From: Patescibacteria group bacterium AH-259-L05
Lineage (GTDB): Bacteria > Patescibacteriota > Patescibacteriia > UBA2591 > UBA6264
Direction of reading: 5' to 3'
Assembly: GCA_027717985.1 (NCBI GenBank)
Contig: JALLOO010000004.1
Coordinates: 1-62,586, forward strand
Length of the DNA stretch: 62,586 nt
The notes below the pieces were generated by a model, which was not told the origin of the DNA, made no database searches, and was given only the letters and a program-made list of their open reading frames with translations. Positions 57,222-62,586 of the stretch are shown here, piece after piece (positions within the stretch are counted from its first letter, which is position 1; each line of letters opens with the position of its first letter). Both the position numbers and the translations under genes were made by a program.

Positions 57222-57458
57222 AAAATCTCGCCTTTTTAGATATAGACAACCCAATATTACATTGCACTATCATTATAATATATTCTATAAAACATTGCAA
57301 TGGCGTTGTAATATATTGTTCTTTTGAACCTAATCTGTTTTAAATTCGATATCAAGGCCGCATTTAATTTTTAGAAACAATACGTAGGTTAAGCCTGTAT
57401 ATAAATATGTTTCCGGGAGACGTATTTAAAAAATCGGAGATCGGGACTCCGATTTTGA

Positions 57459-57535
57459 CTATGGGCAGTTGCCTGATTTTTTAAATCCAGCTGCGATCGC
57501 TTCTTGTTCCGTGCAAAAATATTGCTCTCCTTTTT
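57459..57535 (-). repeat. Second orphan copy of the thermonuclease 3' end
   Basis: 77 bp, one mismatch to 56118-56194; in-frame stop a few codons upstream and no start codon. Confidence 0.9.
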
Positions 57536-57717
57536 CTGTTCTATTTTCCCTTTAACTTCCGGATATTTCCGAATACATCCTGTATTTTATTAGTCTTGCC
57601 CTGCCTTGTTTAAGAAGCAGTCTTAACAAGACCATTTTTGATAAGTTTGTCCCTTTGTGTCCTCTTTATGTCCCCTTTATATATAGGGCTTAAAACATTT
57701 TGCTTATCATTCGGAAA

Positions 57718-57750
57718 AAATTTCCGCTAAATTTCCGCTAAATTTCCGCT
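57718..57750. repeat. 11-bp tandem repeat x3 overlapping the stop codon of the AlbA gene
   Basis: (AAATTTCCGCT)3. Confidence 0.9.
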
Positions 57751-59111
57751 AAGACATAATATGCCAACTTATCACTAACGCCCCTTTTCTGAATAACCTT
57801 TTTATCTGCAAGTCCTTTTAAATCGTTCCTCGCCATACGTTCGGTAATTTTAAAAAGCTCAGCATATTTCTTGCTCGTTATTTTTTTATATTCTTTAAGA
57901 TATTCGATCGCCTTAATCTGTCTTTCATTTAAGTTAAGTTCTTCAAGAAATTTTTCTGTTAACTTAGTTTTCCAGAATGTAATCACTAAACTTTCAGTAA
58001 TTTCTTCAAATAAAGGTTCGGGCAAACCATGTTTCAAACATTCTTCAATAATCCTATTTGTTCCAGTTCCCCATTGCTCAATAAATTTTATCAAAAAGAA
58101 ACATTTGCCAATTAAATGGTTTCTTAAAATAGAATCGTGCTTTTTCTTTAAATCTTCTAATCTTAAGGGATTTGGTAAAGGACCAACGCCCCAAACCTCT
58201 ATTCTGTCATCAAATATCCTGACCTGAACATTGCTGGATATTTCATAATCCCTATGACAGATGGCATTCGTTATAGCTTCTCTTATGGCTTCAATTGGAT
58301 ATTCCCATTTCTCAACCCTTTCTATTCCTACGATTTTAGCGTGCAGTTTGATATGTTCTTTCACAAACTCAACCGCATCATCCCTTTGATTGATAATATT
58401 TCCTTCAAAAACTTTCATATCAATAAATTCTAAAGGTTTTATTCCTTTAAACCTGGCGCATCTGGTTTGTGCCTGCAAAAAGAATCTTTGCGGTTTTTTA
58501 CCAAACAGCAGAATAGCAGCATTTGTTAATTTCCCATTTTTTATCAACCCCAACCTTTCTAATGCTTCCCCGACTGGTGTTTCTGGTTCAACATTAAAAT
58601 TTCTTTCGTACTTTGCTTTCCTTAAAAACCACTTAATTTTTTCTTCGTCAATGTCTTTAAGTGCTGCTTCTTCACAAATCTGTTCATCCCAATAAACCTT
58701 TTTCTTTTCTACAATTAATCTTTCTATTTCCTGTCTTGACATTCTCAGAGTGGACTTGCCAACTCTTTTGAAAACCCTGCCAAAAGCAAAAACTGGTTTT
58801 TCTTTGGCTTCGCTTACCTCAATAATGATTATTTTCTTTCCGTCAATTTCTTTAACTTCAATTTTGGGGTAAATTTTTGGCTCTAAGCTGGTTGAAATTT
58901 TGTTTGTTAATCTTTCTATTGTGTCCTTGCCAATTTGTAACCCCAAAATATTACCCTTAGAATAGGCCCCAATAATAATTTTACCGCCATTTTTATTAAC
59001 AAGTCCGGCAATTGTTTGGATAATCTCCTTTATTTGAGACAAGGAAGGCTTCAGCTCTAAACTTTCGCTTTCTCCTTTCTCTATCAATTTTTTAATCTTG
59101 TTTTTACTCAT
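57738..59111 (-). CDS. Schlafen/AlbA_2 domain + RecG-C (HATPase_c_4) + wHTH protein
   Basis: GESESLELK, N-x-NGGKIIIG, REAITNAICHRDY, EQWGTG, C-terminal ITERMARNDL wHTH. Confidence 0.88.
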   Translation of the reverse strand: MSKNKIKKLIEKGESESLELKPSLSQIKEIIQTIAGLVNKNGGKIIIGAYSKGNILGLQIGKDTIERLTNKISTSLEPKIYPKIEVKEIDGKKIIIIEVSEAKEKPVFAFGRVFKRVGKSTLRMSRQEIERLIVEKKKVYWDEQICEEAALKDIDEEKIKWFLRKAKYERNFNVEPETPVGEALERLGLIKNGKLTNAAILLFGKKPQRFFLQAQTRCARFKGIKPLEFIDMKVFEGNIINQRDDAVEFVKEHIKLHAKIVGIERVEKWEYPIEAIREAITNAICHRDYEISSNVQVRIFDDRIEVWGVGPLPNPLRLEDLKKKHDSILRNHLIGKCFFLIKFIEQWGTGTNRIIEECLKHGLPEPLFEEITESLVITFWKTKLTEKFLEELNLNERQIKAIEYLKEYKKITSKKYAELFKITERMARNDLKGLADKKVIQKRGVSDKLAYYVLAEI

Positions 59112-59330
59112 TTTATTTCTGTTAGAATCTAATCTTTTGATTGCCTATTACTTCATTATTATAGCAAAGATAAACAAAAAAGACACGGAGTGGCGCCTGG
59201 TCTCCTCAATTAGGAATACCTGCGTCTCTACCTGCGTCTCCAGGAGACATATCCTCCTTTGCCTTCCCCTTCCTTGTGCTTTGCCCGAAATATGGATGAC
59301 AATTGGGTATATGCGGCAGACGATAACCTG

Positions 59331-59359
59331 GTAACTTGGGAACTGAGTTCCCAAGTTAC
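59331..59359. repeat. Perfect palindrome with 14-bp arms
   Basis: GTAACTTGGGAACT-G-AGTTCCCAAGTTAC. Confidence 0.9.
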
Positions 59360-59388
59360 AAGTTATGTTTAAAGCCAGGGGTTAAACA

Positions 59389-60408
59389 TTATGGGCAGTT
59401 GCCTGATTTTTTAAACCCGGCGGCGATCGCTTCTTGTTCAGTGCAAAAATACTGCTCTCCTTTGCGCGTATCTATTTTTACAAGATTATAACTACTGCAA
59501 CCGAGAAAAAAATATACTTTTCCCGCGCCTTGTCTTGAAATATTTCCCTTAATAGTACATTCGGGATCGGTCGGGAGCGCATGCATTTCTCGATATTGGA
59601 TATTTTCTTGTTCATACTCGTCTACATACTCATCACACGCACCCCATAAACCGCGCCGCGCCATAAATGCCTGATCCCGCGCCTTAATAAAAACATTGGT
59701 ATACAGCTTATTGCGTCCGTATGAAAATTCTCGCACATAACCCTGGCGTAAAAGATGGTCATTTACAAATATATTATTTTCCAGCAAGTCACCACTGGGC
59801 AAAAACACATAGCTGAGTATACGGCCACGATCATCTACTGCCGTAACATCTTTTTCCAGCCGCACATACTTTCCCTGCACCAGTCGCACCAGCTCATTCC
59901 TTGCTTCTTCGTAATAACATTTGCCGCCTTCTGGTGCATTAATCCCAATAAGGCGGACTTTCATATCTCCCTCTATCTTAATCGTGTCCCCGTCAATCAC
60001 TTCAGTCACCAAATAAAGGTTGTCATCAGCGCGTGAGATTAGATCGCGTATCTGTAATAATTCCTCTGCGGTCAGTGACGGTTCTTGTCCAATATCTACT
60101 CTCTCGGGTGCTGTACTCACTACTTCCTGCTCAACCTCAACCATCTCGGCTGTTGTATCAACTGAATCATCCATCAGATCTGCCACGCTCAAACCTGTAA
60201 ACACAGCAAGAAGCGCGAGAAATGCAATGCTTAATTTTTTTAGTATCGGCCCTTCATACCCTGTTGCTACAAGCAAAGCAATTATACCACCTATGGTAAG
60301 AAGAATCGTGAGAACATATTGCTTAATTACTCTCCGATGTTGTTTTTCCATGCCCCACACCTTTTTATCTTTTAAATCTTTAATTTGTTTAATTGTCTTT
60401 AATTTCAT
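59389..60408 (-). CDS. Membrane-anchored thermonuclease (SNase) with C-terminal Cys-rich domain; first 17 codons are a pgk remnant, alternative start 60351
   Basis: VIDGDT, VRLIGINAPE, GRILSYV, RGLWGAC, CTIKGNIS...FCTEQEA-x-AAGF. Confidence 0.9.
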   Translation of the reverse strand: MKLKTIKQIKDLKDKKVWGMEKQHRRVIKQYVLTILLTIGGIIALLVATGYEGPILKKLSIAFLALLAVFTGLSVADLMDDSVDTTAEMVEVEQEVVSTAPERVDIGQEPSLTAEELLQIRDLISRADDNLYLVTEVIDGDTIKIEGDMKVRLIGINAPEGGKCYYEEARNELVRLVQGKYVRLEKDVTAVDDRGRILSYVFLPSGDLLENNIFVNDHLLRQGYVREFSYGRNKLYTNVFIKARDQAFMARRGLWGACDEYVDEYEQENIQYREMHALPTDPECTIKGNISRQGAGKVYFFLGCSSYNLVKIDTRKGEQYFCTEQEAIAAGFKKSGNCP

Positions 60409-60410
60409 TA

Positions 60411-62585
60411 TTATTCAAGCTGTTTTAAAAATTCATCTATTTGATCTTTAAGAGAGGGGTCAAATTCTAAGGCTTTCTCGGCTGATTCTTGGGCATTTTC
60501 ATTATTTCCTGTTTTAACATAAATTTGAGCCAATTTAAAGTATAAATTTGCATCTTTTGGTTTTATATAAAGGGTCCACCGATACTGCTGAATTGCTTTA
60601 TTATAATCACCTGTTGCAATATAGGCTTGGACTAACTGAAGCATAAATGCAGCATTCTCCCACCATCGGTAATTTAATTCCCAGGCTCTTTCTGCTGCTT
60701 CAATCCCCTTTTCAAGTTGGCCATCCGCCAGATAAGCTACAGATAAATTAAATTGAGATTCTTTAACCTCTGTATCTAATTTAACGGTTTTCTCTAAAAG
60801 CTCTATAGCCTTGTCATAGTTACGTCGGATAATTTCTATACGGGCTAACTCAAAGTAGGTTTGCTGGCGAGAAGGAGATAATTCTAGGGCTTTTTGCAAA
60901 ACCCTTTCCGCATCTTCAAAATAATCTGGCTTATAGCGCGTTCCCAAATTGTGCAACTGACCTAAATATAAATAATGACGAACATCCAATGGGTGTTCTT
61001 CAACATTTTTCTTGTGTTCACTAATTGCAAATTCCGTCATTGCTACCACAGTTTGTGTATCAGGATTTTTTTGCGCATATTGTTCACTTACGGTTTTAGC
61101 TAGCTGAACTCTTATCTCTGGATTAACAAACGACTCTTTTTCTAATGCTTTTTGATACCAATGAAAACCAGACTTTAAATCAACTTTTGAAGTATGAACA
61201 CCTCTAATTGCTAATCTGGACTGTTGAAATGGTTCAACATTAAATTTATATATTGCCAATGGCAGAAAAACAATAATTAAAAATATGAGAACTGGTAGAG
61301 GGAATCTGCCTCTCTTCTGAGGTCTGACCTCCACTTGAAGGTCAGACCTCTGTGTTATAAAATAAACCAACCCCAAACTAAAATAAAAAACAATCAACGG
61401 CGCAGGCGTATCAAACACAAACAGATTCTGAACAAAATAAGCCAAAAACATCAAGCCCAAAATCATTATAGAAATACGTGCTCTATAATTCTCTATCTTT
61501 TTTAACCTTTGCCAAAGCAAATAAAATATCGAACCAAATATAGACAAATATACTAAAGCTCCAAGAGCCCCAGTTAAAGCTAATAAATCAACCATCTGAT
61601 TATGTGAACGATCAAACCATGTATTTTCCTGACCCTTACGAAGATAAAGCGGGTTATAATGTTTATTAAAAACGATATTATAATTTTCCCATCCCCAGCC
61701 TAAAGTTGGACTTTGTTTGAATCCACGCCACCCAACCTCCCAAGCCGTTGTCCTCTCTTGCATTCCATAACTTAAGTTAGCGAAACGACGAATGAAATAC
61801 GGAGCCTTACTTACCAATGGCTGTGTTTGAGGAAGTTGCATAATAAAAAAAGTAACAGTAAAAATGATCAACAAAATACTCAATCCAATTTTTGTCTTCT
61901 GAGAAGCCCGGCTAAACAATAAAAAAATGGTCAATACAAGCAGGCTTAAAGAAAATGCAACCATGACACCGCGCGAAGCTGCTAAAAACAGAATTACTAC
62001 ATTAAATACAAGTAAACTGCCAACAACCTTTTGCTGTAAAATATCTTTTTTATTATAAACTAAAATAAGTCCAGCCCAAAAAATATTAAGCATTGCATAT
62101 ACTGCCAAAAATATTGGATTTCCCAGCGTAGCAGTCATTTGTACGCCCTCTTCTTTTAATAAGAACTTGAACCCTAATTTTTGCCCGAGCCCGTAAAGGC
62201 CAACCAAAAAACTGACTATTAAACTCACATATATAAATTGTCTCCACTCTGACCAATTCTTGAAAACGCTTATCAAAACAATAAATAAAGCATAAAAGTG
62301 AAACATAGTTACAATTCCTGTCATTCTCTCTTGTGAACTCCAAAAACTTTTATAAAAATCAACTCCTGCTAAAGCTGTTAAAATTAAAATGCCCATAAAC
62401 ATGCTCAGGGCAACAACTAATGGATTTCTCCAATGAGGTCTATATTGTTTATCGCCATACATCGCCAAGAAGAGCCATGCAACAAAAATAATTTCAACCA
62501 AAATCTGAAATACTATCACTTTAGAAAATATATACGGAAAAAGAACGGGTCGATATACCAGAAGCGGTAAAAATAAAATAACAAT
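60411..62585 (-). CDS. O-antigen ligase (Wzy_C) domain + TPR protein; 5' end lies outside the window
   Basis: TLGNP, ASRG, GWGWENY, FDRSHN, C-terminal TPRs; frame stays open to the window edge. Confidence 0.88.
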   Translation of the reverse strand: MVILFLPLLVYRPVLFPYIFSKVIVFQILVEIIFVAWLFLAMYGDKQYRPHWRNPLVVALSMFMGILILTALAGVDFYKSFWSSQERMTGIVTMFHFYALFIVLISVFKNWSEWRQFIYVSLIVSFLVGLYGLGQKLGFKFLLKEEGVQMTATLGNPIFLAVYAMLNIFWAGLILVYNKKDILQQKVVGSLLVFNVVILFLAASRGVMVAFSLSLLVLTIFLLFSRASQKTKIGLSILLIIFTVTFFIMQLPQTQPLVSKAPYFIRRFANLSYGMQERTTAWEVGWRGFKQSPTLGWGWENYNIVFNKHYNPLYLRKGQENTWFDRSHNQMVDLLALTGALGALVYLSIFGSIFYLLWQRLKKIENYRARISIMILGLMFLAYFVQNLFVFDTPAPLIVFYFSLGLVYFITQRSDLQVEVRPQKRGRFPLPVLIFLIIVFLPLAIYKFNVEPFQQSRLAIRGVHTSKVDLKSGFHWYQKALEKESFVNPEIRVQLAKTVSEQYAQKNPDTQTVVAMTEFAISEHKKNVEEHPLDVRHYLYLGQLHNLGTRYKPDYFEDAERVLQKALELSPSRQQTYFELARIEIIRRNYDKAIELLEKTVKLDTEVKESQFNLSVAYLADGQLEKGIEAAERAWELNYRWWENAAFMLQLVQAYIATGDYNKAIQQYRWTLYIKPKDANLYFKLAQIYVKTGNNENAQESAEKALEFDPSLKDQIDEFLKQLE

Positions 62586-62586
62586 T

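Noticed and set aside
56118-59463. Diversity-generating retroelement template/variable repeats
   Set aside because: Differences among copies are synonymous and not adenine-specific, and no reverse transcriptase is present

Overview
AT-rich bacterial chromosome segment, most consistent with a CPR/Patescibacteria (Parcubacteria-like) genome. This is an inference from gene content and style (tandem gpmI, SecA SEC-C insert, SecD with PPIase insert, O-antigen-ligase/TPR protein, sparse metabolism); no phylogeny was run. A minus-strand housekeeping backbone (lepA, murJ, secDF, secA, hpf, gpmI x2, eno, pgk) and three tRNAs are interspersed with many self-contained accessory cassettes. The most unusual region is 17.1-24.1 kb: an array of orphan Fe/Fe-S proteins (DUF59, 2OG-Fe(II) oxygenase, SufT, KorB without KorA, two ferredoxins, NuoB joined directly to NuoI, IscA, SufB without SufC/D/S). 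These are arranged as separate transcription units joined by reused terminator/promoter linkers. The [4Fe-4S] enzymes IspG/IspH and a beta-oxidation trio lie nearby. Many accessory cassettes share one grammar: sigma70 promoter, a boxA-like TGYTCTTT(R)AAA motif at the transcript start, then a strong Shine-Dalgarno. Several other genes, including lepA and secA, look leaderless. Further observations: an orphan promoter-driven structured RNA next to secA; palindromic elements inserted in-frame in pgk and the O-antigen ligase; integrase-free islands bounded by duplicated gene ends (pgk 5' end, thermonuclease 3' end, a terminator), including a chimeric mini-ORF; two AbiE toxin-antitoxin modules; and a NUDIX gene broken by a stop in its catalytic box. 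No CRISPR array, rRNA, integrase or transposase was seen. All calls come from reading motifs by eye.
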